The position numbers and the translations under genes were made by a program. A DNA stretch of 64,000 nt. It comes from Thermoproteota archaeon (GTDB taxonomy: Archaea; Thermoproteota; Thermoprotei; Gearchaeales; Gearchaeaceae). This document shows, piece by piece, positions 9,283-19,363 of the stretch. The notes under the pieces are model-generated. The model was given only the letters and a program-made list of their open reading frames with translations. It was not told the origin of the DNA and ran no database searches. How positions within the stretch are numbered: position 1 is the stretch's first letter; every line of letters starts with the position of its first letter. The stretch is from NCBI GenBank assembly GCA_032249235.1, contig JAVVGF010000003.1:1-64000 (forward strand). Direction: 5' to 3'.

Positions 9283-9923
9283 AATATAACGAGTTTGAAA
9301 GAGTTCTTAAACAATTCGAAGAAGAAGTTCATTACATAGATAAGGAAATAGAAGAAATTGAAAATAGCCCATATGCGATGCTTTTTAATCGAATTTTTAA
9401 ATGTACTGTTATAAACAAAGGTCAAATTTTAGGAACTATGATGCTCATAACTAAAGAATGCAAATTCAAAGACTTGGTTTATGGAATGAAACTATATGCT
9501 AAGTCAATAGAACTTGTAGATTATTATCTTGAAAACCCTCTTCGCATAAAAGGTTTGCTCAGAGCAATAAACATACTTACAGGAGATTATATATTCATTT
9601 CTTTCAATCGTATTCCTTTCATATTGGATGATAACTTGAGGCTTCAATACGTGATTGATAGAGAAACAAATTTAACTGTTCTAAAAAAATCAATTTATAA
9701 TCAACCAATTCTGGTAAGAAATCAATCATACGATGCATACAATATTATAACAAATCCAAAGAATTTTGAAGAAAAATCTTCTTTAATTATTGTCAAAGAT
9801 AATAGGAAAATTCCTTTAAAAGAAGTTTATTTGTCTTTAGATGATAACAAACTTTATGATTCCTATTCAAATGAGCTTTTATCTTTAAACAAATTTGAAG
9901 ATAGAAGTTTATATTATTATTGA
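9279..9923 (+). CDS. Hypothetical protein in the AAA-VWA operon
   Basis: 214-aa ORF with ATGA/TGATG coupling on both sides; N-terminal acidic coiled-coil-like segment; no recognised family. Confidence 0.75.
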   Translation: MKYNEFERVLKQFEEEVHYIDKEIEEIENSPYAMLFNRIFKCTVINKGQILGTMMLITKECKFKDLVYGMKLYAKSIELVDYYLENPLRIKGLLRAINILTGDYIFISFNRIPFILDDNLRLQYVIDRETNLTVLKKSIYNQPILVRNQSYDAYNIITNPKNFEEKSSLIIVKDNRKIPLKEVYLSLDDNKLYDSYSNELLSLNKFEDRSLYYY

Positions 9924-11074
9924 TGGAAATCAGGATTGGTTCATCAGGTTGGTCATATGAGGCATGGGAAGGTCTTTTTTATTCAATAGGAGAAAAGAAT
10001 AAGCTTCAATTTTACTCAAAATTTTTTAATACTGTTGAAGTAGATTCTACTTTTTATTCATTTCCTACAAAACAGTTAGTCGAGGCTTGGTATAAGAATA
10101 CTCCTGAAGGGTTCAAATTTTCTTTGAAAATACCCAAAATAATAACGCATGAAGAAAGATTGAGCGCTTCATCCTTAATAGAATTGAATAAATTTCTCGA
10201 TTTAATTGAACCTTTGAAAAATAAATTAGGAGTTTTACTCGTTCAGCTACCTCCTTCATTCAACAAAGATAAGTATTTAGATAGGTTTCAGACTTTTTTG
10301 TCGAATTTGAATAATAGTTACAATTGGGCAGTAGAATTTAGAAACGTAAGCTGGATTGAAGAAAGCACATTTAAAATTCTTGAAAAATATAACGTTGCTT
10401 ATACAATAGTAGATGAACCTATTTTGCCAAAAGTCATACAAACAACATCTCAAGTTTCAGTCTTCAGATTTCATGGAAGAGGTAAAAGCATTTGGTATAA
10501 TTACTTGTATAGCGAGGAAGAGATTGATGAATGGTCTTCAAAAATATTCGAAGTAAGTAAGAAGTCAAAAGAAACTTATGTATATTTTAACAACCATTAC
10601 AGAGCTTTTGCAGTAACGAATGCTTTGCAACTTCTGAAAAAGCTTGGAATGGGTAAAAAAGAACATGAAGAAATGCTCAATAAGCTAAAAGCTTCTCTAA
10701 AAATAGAGTATCATGGATTGCTAAGCTTCGTAGAAAAGAAGGATAATAAAATTGAAGAGTTAAAGCCTTTAACTACTGAATCGAGATATGAAAGAGCAAT
10801 GGCTATAGATGAAAAAGAAATCAACATAGCTGGAATTAGTGATGAGAAATTGCGTGGCTGGGTCTCTGGATATTTCATTGAAATAAACTTTAAAGAAAAG
10901 ATAATAAAGCATGAATGCCAAGATTGGATAAATAATGTCTCGAAGAATGAAATTATTCTTTGTAAGCATATACTAGCATTCATGAGAAAGATTCCAGATA
11001 CATTATTATCGAAGTTTATTGAAGAAATGAAAAATAAAGAAGAATGGAAGTTTGAAGCAAAAATATCTTTTTAA
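9923..11074 (+). CDS. DUF72 (YecE-like) protein with C-terminal SWIM-like Zn finger
   Basis: IGSSGWSY, VEVDSTFY, KIITHE, QLPPSF, EFRNVSW, RFHGR, YVYFNNH; tail HECQDW...CKH. Confidence 0.88.
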   Translation: MEIRIGSSGWSYEAWEGLFYSIGEKNKLQFYSKFFNTVEVDSTFYSFPTKQLVEAWYKNTPEGFKFSLKIPKIITHEERLSASSLIELNKFLDLIEPLKNKLGVLLVQLPPSFNKDKYLDRFQTFLSNLNNSYNWAVEFRNVSWIEESTFKILEKYNVAYTIVDEPILPKVIQTTSQVSVFRFHGRGKSIWYNYLYSEEEIDEWSSKIFEVSKKSKETYVYFNNHYRAFAVTNALQLLKKLGMGKKEHEEMLNKLKASLKIEYHGLLSFVEKKDNKIEELKPLTTESRYERAMAIDEKEINIAGISDEKLRGWVSGYFIEINFKEKIIKHECQDWINNVSKNEIILCKHILAFMRKIPDTLLSKFIEEMKNKEEWKFEAKISF

Positions 11075-11590
11075 TTAATTTATAGATATTTCGTTAATAT
11101 TCTTTTTTATCATATTATTTTTTATTTTCCTATATAATATTAATCTCATAGTATGACCAAGGAAAGATATAAATGCATAAATTATAGCTGTTGTTCCTAC
11201 GATTAACTTTATGTCTAATATTAAATTATAACCAAGATAACTAATTGTAAGAAATAAAAATAAAAATGCAGCAAATATTAATAAATAAGTTTCGAAAATA
11301 TGTGTTATAAATATTATGAATCTATGAAATAAATCTTCTTTTTCTCTTATAGTTTCGTATTCATAAAGATACATTTCATAGAACCCTCTGCAACCTTTCA
11401 AATGAATAGAAGCAAAGATTGATACTAAAGCTAAAGGTATGCTGAGTAGAATTATCGAGCCTTTTAATTCATAAAAGAATATGAATGATGAAAATACTAA
11501 CATTGAAGAAACTAGTAAAATACCCTCGATTGCCCTTATAGGTCTTGTTCCCTCAACGAAATAGTTTATTATATGCTTTAATATAGACAC
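11075..11590 (-). CDS. Hypothetical membrane protein
   Basis: 171-aa ORF with ~4 hydrophobic segments. Confidence 0.7.
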   Translation of the reverse strand: MSILKHIINYFVEGTRPIRAIEGILLVSSMLVFSSFIFFYELKGSIILLSIPLALVSIFASIHLKGCRGFYEMYLYEYETIREKEDLFHRFIIFITHIFETYLLIFAAFLFLFLTISYLGYNLILDIKLIVGTTAIIYAFISFLGHTMRLILYRKIKNNMIKKNINEISIN

Positions 11591-11643
11591 GTTTTATTTT
11601 CTCGCATAAGCTTTATAAGTATATTTTAAAAAAAGCTAACAAA

Positions 11644-12216
11644 ATGCTAGAAGAACTTCTTAGAGCAACGATTGCTTTGATAGTAGTGATGGATCCTGTC
11701 GGTTTAATACCTATTATAATTTCTCTTACAGCTGAAATGTCTCTTGAAGAGCAAAAACGGATTTTGAACACGACGCTCTATACAGCTTCGGCTATATTGA
11801 TAGTCTTTGCACTTGCAGGTCAACAACTTCTCAATCTTTTCTCAATATCTTTAGCACATTTCAGCATTGCCGGAGGCCTTTTGCTTTTAATACTTTCCTT
11901 AGAATTACTGTTGAAAGGATTTGAAGTTGCTAAAGGATTTGAGATAGGTGCAGTTCCATTAGCCTTTCCTCTACTCGTTGGTCCTGGTTCAATAACTATT
12001 TTAATGCTATCCTTACAAAAATATGGTTTTTTAATAGGATTACTTTCTGCTTTGATTGCAATACTTTTTACTGCAATCGTTTTCAAATTCATTAATACTA
12101 TTTATAAATTGCTAGGAAGACTTGGCTCTTTAGTAATAACCAAAATAATGGCTATATTCACAGCGGCTATTGCGATTGAATTCATAATAGACGGAATTAA
12201 AGCGCTTTTTGCTTAG
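11644..12216 (+). CDS. MarC-family membrane protein
   Basis: MDPVGLIP, IAGGLLL, VPLAFPLLVGPGSI. Confidence 0.92.
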   Translation: MLEELLRATIALIVVMDPVGLIPIIISLTAEMSLEEQKRILNTTLYTASAILIVFALAGQQLLNLFSISLAHFSIAGGLLLLILSLELLLKGFEVAKGFEIGAVPLAFPLLVGPGSITILMLSLQKYGFLIGLLSALIAILFTAIVFKFINTIYKLLGRLGSLVITKIMAIFTAAIAIEFIIDGIKALFA

Positions 12217-12243
12217 TTTTAAATAAAGTCTTACTATAATATA

Positions 12244-13161
12244 ATGATGCTAGATATTAAAGGAGTAACTAAGATTTATGGAGGAAAAGTAGTAGCTGTT
12301 AACAACGTAAACTTTCAAGTTAACAATGGCGAAATTGTAGGATTTGTTGGTTTAAACGGTGCAGGAAAGACTACTACAATTAAGATTTCATGCGGTGTCC
12401 TTATTCCTAATTCAGGCACTGTTTATGTAGATGGGTACGATATATTAAGAGAAAAAATTGAAGCTTCAAGAAGGGTAGGATGGTTACCTGAGATACCAAT
12501 ATTTGATCCCAATGCAAGAGCTTTAAGTCTTTTGAAATATATTGCTGGTTTTCATAACATAACTGGTGAAGCTGCGGAAAAAAGGGCATTAGAATTGTTG
12601 AAAGATGTAGGTTTAGCTGGCTTGGAAAATAGGAAATTGGGAACATTTTCTCAAGGTATGCGAAAAAGATTTGCTTTAGCGGCTTCAATGATTGCTGATC
12701 CTTCTAATTATCTTTTTGATGAAGTCTTAAATGGTCTTGATCCAGCAGGCATAAATTTCTTCAGAAATATTGCTCAGGAATTCAAGAAAAAAGGTAAAGC
12801 TATTCTGTTTTCTTCACACATTCTCTCAGAAGTAGAAAATTTAGCTGATAGAATCGTAATAATTCATAAAGGCAAGATAATAAAAGTTATCGATGCTTCA
12901 GAATTAGCAAATATTGGTACTAAAACACTAAAAATCGTGATTAAGAACATTGATAATAGGCTTATCGATGTTTTAAAAAGCTACGGGGATGTCAGAATTG
13001 AAAATCATAACGTAGTGATTTTGAGCAATTTCAAAGGAGAACCTGCCGAAATAAATTTAGAATTAAGCAAAATGGGTTATTTAATTGAATCTTTCAATTA
13101 TCAAAAAACAGGTTTAGAAGATTACTTCTTATCATTAGTAGGTGAGAAAAATGTCAGGTAG
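12244..13161 (+). CDS. ABC-2 type transporter ATP-binding protein
   Basis: GLNGAGKTT, FSQGM, LFDE, SSH motifs. Confidence 0.92.
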   Translation: MMLDIKGVTKIYGGKVVAVNNVNFQVNNGEIVGFVGLNGAGKTTTIKISCGVLIPNSGTVYVDGYDILREKIEASRRVGWLPEIPIFDPNARALSLLKYIAGFHNITGEAAEKRALELLKDVGLAGLENRKLGTFSQGMRKRFALAASMIADPSNYLFDEVLNGLDPAGINFFRNIAQEFKKKGKAILFSSHILSEVENLADRIVIIHKGKIIKVIDASELANIGTKTLKIVIKNIDNRLIDVLKSYGDVRIENHNVVILSNFKGEPAEINLELSKMGYLIESFNYQKTGLEDYFLSLVGEKNVR

Positions 13162-14590
13162 ATACGTTTTGAATCAATTTTTCTACGATTTCAAAAGAGC
13201 TCTTAGAAGCAAAACTATGATAATCATCACACTCATAATAATTCTTTTAGGTTCATCTGTCATTGCTTTCATCAGTTCTCCTACTCCTATTCTATCTATG
13301 CAAAATTTTGTATATGCGATTTATGGAAAAGATTCAAATTACGTTTTATTTGGTTATGGGTTTAATGCCTTTGGAGATCCTATAGCAGGTTTAAATGTGA
13401 AGGTAGAATTGCTTAAAGAAAATCCAATTTTTAACCGTAATGCTACTGTTTTATTTTCACAAGAATCATCTACAAACTCATCAGGCTATCTTTCAATGGC
13501 TTTTCCTAAAATTTCTGAAGCGAAATATATAAGAATTCAATATGGTCAAGGAAGCATACGTGCAAGCATTTCCTTTAGTTTAGATATTCTAACAAAGACC
13601 GGGGCTGGTGTATATATTTCTTCTCCAATAAATCGAATTGTAGATTCTAGCAATTCTTCCCGTTCTTCTCTGCTAATATTTTATGTTGAAGAAAATGGAA
13701 CTAGACCAACAGGTATAGATGTTTATGCATCTCCTAATGGAGATTTCATAAAGCTAGGTACTTTAAACGATTATGTGAAAATATTCAGATTAGATCCCAA
13801 GAAATTCAATGGCCCTTTAGCTACAGTTGAACTTAGAAAGGATAATAATATCTTGCGTCAAGGCATCATTGATTTAGAAATATCTCAAAGCGAAGTAAAT
13901 GCAATAGATATAGCGAATGCTGCAATTGCCGGTATTCTAGTTTTATTAATTCCTCTTTTAGTCATTTTAGCAAGTTACAACCTATACGGTAAAGATAAGA
14001 TAGGCGGCGTTTTAGATTTCATTTTATCCTTACCTATAACAAGAACCATGTTAGGGTTATCACGATATCTTTCCATTCTACTGATGACATTTGTAGCGAT
14101 AATGTTATCTTTAGGTTTTGCGGATTTATTACTTTATATAAAGCTTGGTCAGGGTTTAACATTTGATTTTTGGCTAAATAGTACTATTGGCTTATTAGTA
14201 AGTTCTGCTGCTTTATTGGGCTTATCAATGATCTTTTCCTCTATTTTAAAATCTACAGGTTCGTTGTTAGCGGTTTCAATAGTTATATGGATAATCTTTG
14301 GTATGTTCTGGAATACAATATTAATTGCGATATCTTTCGCTTTAGGCATCGAGCCTTTTTCAAAAGATTTCATTTCTATACTCATTCGTTCATATTTTAT
14401 AAATCCTATATCTTATTATAGCTTGCTTGCAATATATATGAACAACAGATTTGTAACTTTTGGAACATTTGGTACTCCGATAATTCCAGCTGAATTTGGA
14501 ATAACTTTAATTAATTTGATAATAGCAGGCTTAGCTTGGACATTAATACCCTTCGTTATATATTTTCTACTGCTAAAAAAGAAAGATTAA
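13151..14590 (+). CDS. ABC-2 type permease with large extracytoplasmic domain
   Basis: N-terminal TM, soluble domain, C-terminal TMs with LSLPITR motif; follows the ABC ATPase. Confidence 0.82.
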   Translation: MSGRYVLNQFFYDFKRALRSKTMIIITLIIILLGSSVIAFISSPTPILSMQNFVYAIYGKDSNYVLFGYGFNAFGDPIAGLNVKVELLKENPIFNRNATVLFSQESSTNSSGYLSMAFPKISEAKYIRIQYGQGSIRASISFSLDILTKTGAGVYISSPINRIVDSSNSSRSSLLIFYVEENGTRPTGIDVYASPNGDFIKLGTLNDYVKIFRLDPKKFNGPLATVELRKDNNILRQGIIDLEISQSEVNAIDIANAAIAGILVLLIPLLVILASYNLYGKDKIGGVLDFILSLPITRTMLGLSRYLSILLMTFVAIMLSLGFADLLLYIKLGQGLTFDFWLNSTIGLLVSSAALLGLSMIFSSILKSTGSLLAVSIVIWIIFGMFWNTILIAISFALGIEPFSKDFISILIRSYFINPISYYSLLAIYMNNRFVTFGTFGTPIIPAEFGITLINLIIAGLAWTLIPFVIYFLLLKKKD

Positions 14591-14593
14591 CTT

Positions 14594-15217
14594 GTGGAAA
14601 TAAGAGAACTAATTTTCATTTTTATAGTTTCGTTTATAACCAACGCAACTCCTTTTTTTGGTGCACCTTATACGATCATAACTTCTACTATCATAATAAG
14701 ACATGGAGCAAGCATAGAAGCAATCATCGAAGGGATCATCATTTCAGCATTAGGAGCTACATTAGCAAAAACTATAATGTTCATCATAGGTGTTGGTTTA
14801 CGAAAGCCACTCAGGCAAAATAAAAATGTAAAATTTTTTATGAAGTATGTGAGCAAAAGACCATTCTTCATTGGTTTGTTCATCACTGCAATTTTGCCTT
14901 TTTTCCCTTTTGATGACTATTTCTTTTTGATTGGAGGTACTTCAAAAGCTTCATTAATCAGAATGCTTTCTATCACTTTTTCTGCCAAAATAATCAAAAG
15001 CGGATTTGAAATACCGCTAGAAGTTTATGGAATAATATCAATAGGAAGACATTTAAGATTTGAACCTTTATTATTAGGTATCATATCTTCAGTTATTTTT
15101 ACAATATTGGGCATATTATTGTTTATAATAGATATAGAAAAGATATTGAATAAAATAATAACAACATTTAAGTTTATAAAATTAAAATTTTTATCTTTTA
15201 AATTTTCAAGAATTTAA
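14594..15217 (+). CDS. Membrane protein (DedA/VTT-like)
   Basis: NATPFFGAPY, LGATLAK, LPFFPFDD re-entrant-type motifs. Confidence 0.65.
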   Translation: MEIRELIFIFIVSFITNATPFFGAPYTIITSTIIIRHGASIEAIIEGIIISALGATLAKTIMFIIGVGLRKPLRQNKNVKFFMKYVSKRPFFIGLFITAILPFFPFDDYFFLIGGTSKASLIRMLSITFSAKIIKSGFEIPLEVYGIISIGRHLRFEPLLLGIISSVIFTILGILLFIIDIEKILNKIITTFKFIKLKFLSFKFSRI

Positions 15218-15345
15218 TTCAATATTCGTCATCACAAAGAATTTTGTTACTTTGCTTTTAAAAAATATTTGATTGGAAAGAAGTTAGTGCATCAAAGTTT
15301 TGAGACCAGATCTCTGTTTAAATTCAAATTTTTCTAATTTATGAG

Positions 15346-15456
15346 TTAATTCTTAGCTCTCTTATATTCAATAACCTTTAAGTTTCTTATTCTTTTAAAA
15401 TGTCTAGCATTTCCCGTAATTATCGTAGCACTTTTTTCTCTCGCAATGATACCTAT
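15346..15456 (-). pseudogene. C-terminal remnant of a VapC/PIN toxin
   Basis: Minus strand reads IGIIAREKSATIITGNARHFKRIRNLKVIEYKRAKN*, preceded by an in-frame stop; matches the PIN C-terminal T.N.RHF.RI..L pattern. Confidence 0.65.
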
Positions 15457-15726
15457 TTACTCTATATCTATTAAATGTGGTTATCCATTTAAGCTGGTTT
15501 CAGTTAATTTTAGGAGAGTGGAAGAGGGCAAACTGATCTAATCTGAGACGGTTTATCTACTATTTTGTGAAAGTTTGTTTTATTTATATATTAATTAGAA
15601 AGATCAAATTTTGCAATCTTTAATAATATAATTATAAATAAACTTATATTGGATATTTTCTCGAATGATCAGTTTAATTAATTATTGAATTAAACAAAAA
15701 TAATCGATTTAGATTCATTTTTAAAA

Positions 15727-16797
15727 CTATTTTTTATTTTTTAGATTGTTTAGAATACTAATAATTTCTTTTTCTGATAGCGTCTTTGATGGTCTTTCAG
15801 GAATTAAGCCTGAAGGTCTATATATGAGCATTAATGTTAAGATAATGCTAATTAACAAGGGAGTAAACCATGTGACATCGAATGGTAAATAAGAGGCAAT
15901 ATAACTTTTATAAATATCTGTCAATCTTAAAGCTACCATAAAAACAGTTGTTCCTACAAAAGTTCCAGTATTGTTAGCTAATCCTCCGACAACTACCATT
16001 ACCCATGGAAGAAATGTAAAGTTTAATCTCGTATATCCCACTGCTAATACTGAAGAAAAGTATATAGCGAATAATCCACCTGCCAATCCTGCTAATGTGC
16101 CTGCAAATACGAAAACGTTTCTTCGATAGGCTACTAAATCCTTGCCAAATGTTTGTGCAAGAACTTCATTATCTCGAATTGCTCTCAAGACTCTTCCTAA
16201 TGGTGAATTAACAAACTTATTCACTATCAAGAATACAGCTAATGCAAGAAGGACTGTTGTGCCTACAACAACCCATTGTCTTAAATTCACATCTTTTATC
16301 CATACGAAGAAATCGGGAATTGTAACACCGATTGTTCCATTAACAGGGTATTTATAATTTATACCCAATGCAACTATTATTTCTGCAAAGGCTAATAAAG
16401 TCATACCTAAATAATCTTCTTTCAATCTTAATGCAGGATAACTGCTAATAAAACCTAATGCTGCACCTACTAGCATGGCTAAAATTAAAGATAGTATTAA
16501 TAAAGAGATGGAAAACGTTGGATTAGATTCTAAAAATTTATTAAATATTGCGTAGACAACGTAATTATTATCTTCGTAATAATCTAAGCCTTTAGAATAA
16601 ATGTCAAGCAAAGAAGCTAGGATTAATCCTGGGACGCTACCAACAACGAACGCACCTCCTGCAACAGCTAATAATTTTCCAAAATTAGGCAAACCTAGGT
16701 ATCCGAATTCTAAATTTAAACTCAAGTTAATTATAAAATAAATAGCTACCCAAGGAATGATGTCTCTTATTATTACAAATAAAATGGAATCTACCAT
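15727..16797 (-). CDS. livM: Branched-chain amino acid ABC transporter permease (LivM-like)
   Basis: SLNLEFGYLGLPNFG, LRLKEDYL, SPLGRVLRAIRDNE. Confidence 0.88.
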   Translation of the reverse strand: MVDSILFVIIRDIIPWVAIYFIINLSLNLEFGYLGLPNFGKLLAVAGGAFVVGSVPGLILASLLDIYSKGLDYYEDNNYVVYAIFNKFLESNPTFSISLLILSLILAMLVGAALGFISSYPALRLKEDYLGMTLLAFAEIIVALGINYKYPVNGTIGVTIPDFFVWIKDVNLRQWVVVGTTVLLALAVFLIVNKFVNSPLGRVLRAIRDNEVLAQTFGKDLVAYRRNVFVFAGTLAGLAGGLFAIYFSSVLAVGYTRLNFTFLPWVMVVVGGLANNTGTFVGTTVFMVALRLTDIYKSYIASYLPFDVTWFTPLLISIILTLMLIYRPSGLIPERPSKTLSEKEIISILNNLKNKK

Positions 16798-17717
16798 TGT
16801 TTTCTAAACAGGTTTGTTCTGATTTGTTCTAAAATACCTCCTAATCCTTTTGGAAATACTATTAAAACAATGCTCATTATGATCAAGGGTATTATGAATT
16901 GTAATGGGAGGAATATTATGTAAACATATCTAGCAAGGGAATAAGTTAATTCTATCATTGAAAATCCTATGATTAAACCTGCAGGAATTGTTCCGAATAA
17001 GCTGTTTACCCCTCCAAGTATAGTTGTTGCGAATATAATAGGTAAGAATTTGTCTCCTGCTGCAGTATCTATTGATTGGTAATAACCGTAAAATATTCCT
17101 GCAATACCAGATAATGCACCGCTTAAAAACCATGCAAATGAATACACTCTATCTGTATTTATACCTACTACTGAAGCTAAAGAAGAATTTTCTATAGTTG
17201 CTCTCATCGCTATGCCAAATTTAGTTTTAGTTAACATCCAATAAAGTAAAATGATAAAACTTATAGTAATTAAAAGTATAGCTAGAAAAGAAAATGGAAA
17301 ACCTAATAATAAGAAATCAGTTTTTTTAAAAGTTACATAAGTTACAGATATTTTAAATGTTTTTGACAAATAACTTGCCATAATGTTAATAAAGCTAAAA
17401 GAAAAAATATTCAGCGTTAATGTTGCAATCATCAGCAAAACTATGTTTGCTCCACGATTTAATAAAGGCTTTATAACTAATTTATAAAAAACAAAAGAAT
17501 AAAGACCTACCAATAAAAAAGATATAGGTAAAAAATATAAAGGACTTATATTTAGGACTTCTTGAGCATAAACTCCTACATATGCTCCTAGAGTTAAAAA
17601 ACTACCCTGTGAAAAGTTTGGAACCTTAGTAGTCATATATGTTAAAGTTAAACCCATCGAAGCAAATATAGTTATAAGCGAAACATATATTGATGTTTGA
17701 ATTAAAGGGTCAATCAT
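16791..17717 (-). CDS. livH: Branched-chain amino acid ABC transporter permease (LivH-like)
   Basis: GLTLTY..TKVPNFSQG, TKFGIAMRA..EN..LA..VGIN, ILGG. Confidence 0.88.
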   Translation of the reverse strand: MIDPLIQTSIYVSLITIFASMGLTLTYMTTKVPNFSQGSFLTLGAYVGVYAQEVLNISPLYFLPISFLLVGLYSFVFYKLVIKPLLNRGANIVLLMIATLTLNIFSFSFINIMASYLSKTFKISVTYVTFKKTDFLLLGFPFSFLAILLITISFIILLYWMLTKTKFGIAMRATIENSSLASVVGINTDRVYSFAWFLSGALSGIAGIFYGYYQSIDTAAGDKFLPIIFATTILGGVNSLFGTIPAGLIIGFSMIELTYSLARYVYIIFLPLQFIIPLIIMSIVLIVFPKGLGGILEQIRTNLFRKQW

Positions 17718-17760
17718 GATTATTAAAAAGGTTTAAATATATATAAAAGCTTTTTTATGT

Positions 17761-19050
17761 ATGGCTCAAACAAGTTCATGGCTTACAAGAGCAATAGCAT
17801 TTCTAATAGTAGGACTAGTAATAGGAATAGCAGTAGGATACTTCTTATATCCTACGGTATCACCAACTGGAGGTGTTTCGCTTCCACCAGAAATTAAAAT
17901 TGGTGCTTTATTAACACTTTCTGGTGAACTTGAAACTTTCGGAAAAGATCATCAGGTAGTACTAGAATTAGCACAACAAGAAGCAAATGCATATTTACAG
18001 AAGGCTGGAATTCCATCAACTGTAAAGGTGTATGTTGAAGATACAGCAACTGATCCAAATACTGCTTTGCAAAAGCTTCAAGCATTAGCTGCTCAAGGAA
18101 TAAAGTTCTACATAGGTCCTTTATCTAGTGCAGAAGCAAGAAATATATTAAAGTATGCAAATGATAACAATTTGTTATTATTGAGCCAATCTTCAACAGC
18201 TGTAGATTTAGCTATTCCGGGTGATAATTTATACAGAATCACACCTAACGATGCTGCGCAAGGCGTAGCTTTAGCTGTAACAATGAAAACAGTTGGGATT
18301 CAATATGTTGTAATCATTCATAGAAATGACGTATATGGAAAAGGATTAGCTCAATCAGTTATGGATAATTTCCGTGCATTAGGAGGTCAAACTAGTGATT
18401 TAATACCTTACGATCCTAAAGCTACTGAATTCACAGCTCAAGTTGCAACTTTAGTACAATATGTTCAAAATGCAATTAACCAAGTAGGCGATCCTAAGAA
18501 AGTAGGTGTTGAGCTCGTTGCATTCGAAGAAGCTGCTGTATTGATAAAAACAATAGTACAGAATCCTCAATACGATCAAGTTCTAAGAAAGGTGAGATGG
18601 TTTGGTTCAGATGGTACTGCAGATTCAGCTAAATTAACAGAAGATCCTGACGTAGCTAAATTCTGCGCAGATACAAAATTCTTAAATACAATAACTGCTC
18701 CTGCTACTGAAAACGAGATAACACAAAAAGTAAAGAATTATGTTAAACAAAGATTAGGTAGAGAACCTGATTCATATGCTTATAATGTTTACGATGCATT
18801 CTGGTTATATTTCTGGGCTATACTAAGCGTAGGTTATGATGTAAATAAAGTAAAACAAGTATTACCTATAGTAGCTCAAGGATATGTAGGTGCAAGCGGA
18901 CCTATAGCTTTCGAGGATAGTGGAGATAGAGTGCCTGTTGCATATGTTCTAAGAGTTATCGATTATATTAACAATACTTGGCAATGGACGGATGCAGGAA
19001 AATATCTCCAAGCTACAAAGTCAGTCACATTGTTAGATAAATATAAGTAA
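17761..19050 (+). CDS. Branched-chain amino acid ABC substrate-binding protein (membrane-anchored)
   Basis: N-terminal TM anchor, IKIGALLTLSG, EDTATDP, GPLSS, periplasmic binding protein type I fold motifs. Confidence 0.88.
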   Translation: MAQTSSWLTRAIAFLIVGLVIGIAVGYFLYPTVSPTGGVSLPPEIKIGALLTLSGELETFGKDHQVVLELAQQEANAYLQKAGIPSTVKVYVEDTATDPNTALQKLQALAAQGIKFYIGPLSSAEARNILKYANDNNLLLLSQSSTAVDLAIPGDNLYRITPNDAAQGVALAVTMKTVGIQYVVIIHRNDVYGKGLAQSVMDNFRALGGQTSDLIPYDPKATEFTAQVATLVQYVQNAINQVGDPKKVGVELVAFEEAAVLIKTIVQNPQYDQVLRKVRWFGSDGTADSAKLTEDPDVAKFCADTKFLNTITAPATENEITQKVKNYVKQRLGREPDSYAYNVYDAFWLYFWAILSVGYDVNKVKQVLPIVAQGYVGASGPIAFEDSGDRVPVAYVLRVIDYINNTWQWTDAGKYLQATKSVTLLDKYK

Positions 19051-19363
19051 ATTTTTATTAAAATTATGTTTTTGTTTTTTAATATATTATCCATAAATTA
19101 TATTGTTGCTTTTTAAGTTTTAAATATAATGTATAATATTATTAAATTATTTTTCAATATGCATCAAATGATTTTCTACCTCTTTGTACTCGTTAAAAAT
19201 ACTTGATATATAACATCTACTCTGTGTTTAAGAAATATCCTTTTTTCTTAATTTTAAAATATTCGAATGATTTAAAACTTTAACATTAAGTCCTAATTCT
19301 GGAAAATTATTTGGGGTTGTCAAATAAGGCTTATTTATAAGGGCATAAGAATAACTTATAGGT

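Noticed and set aside
19051-19363. AT-rich gap as a replication origin or ncRNA
   Set aside because: No ORB repeats, no adjacent cdc6/orc1, no GC-rich structured segment.
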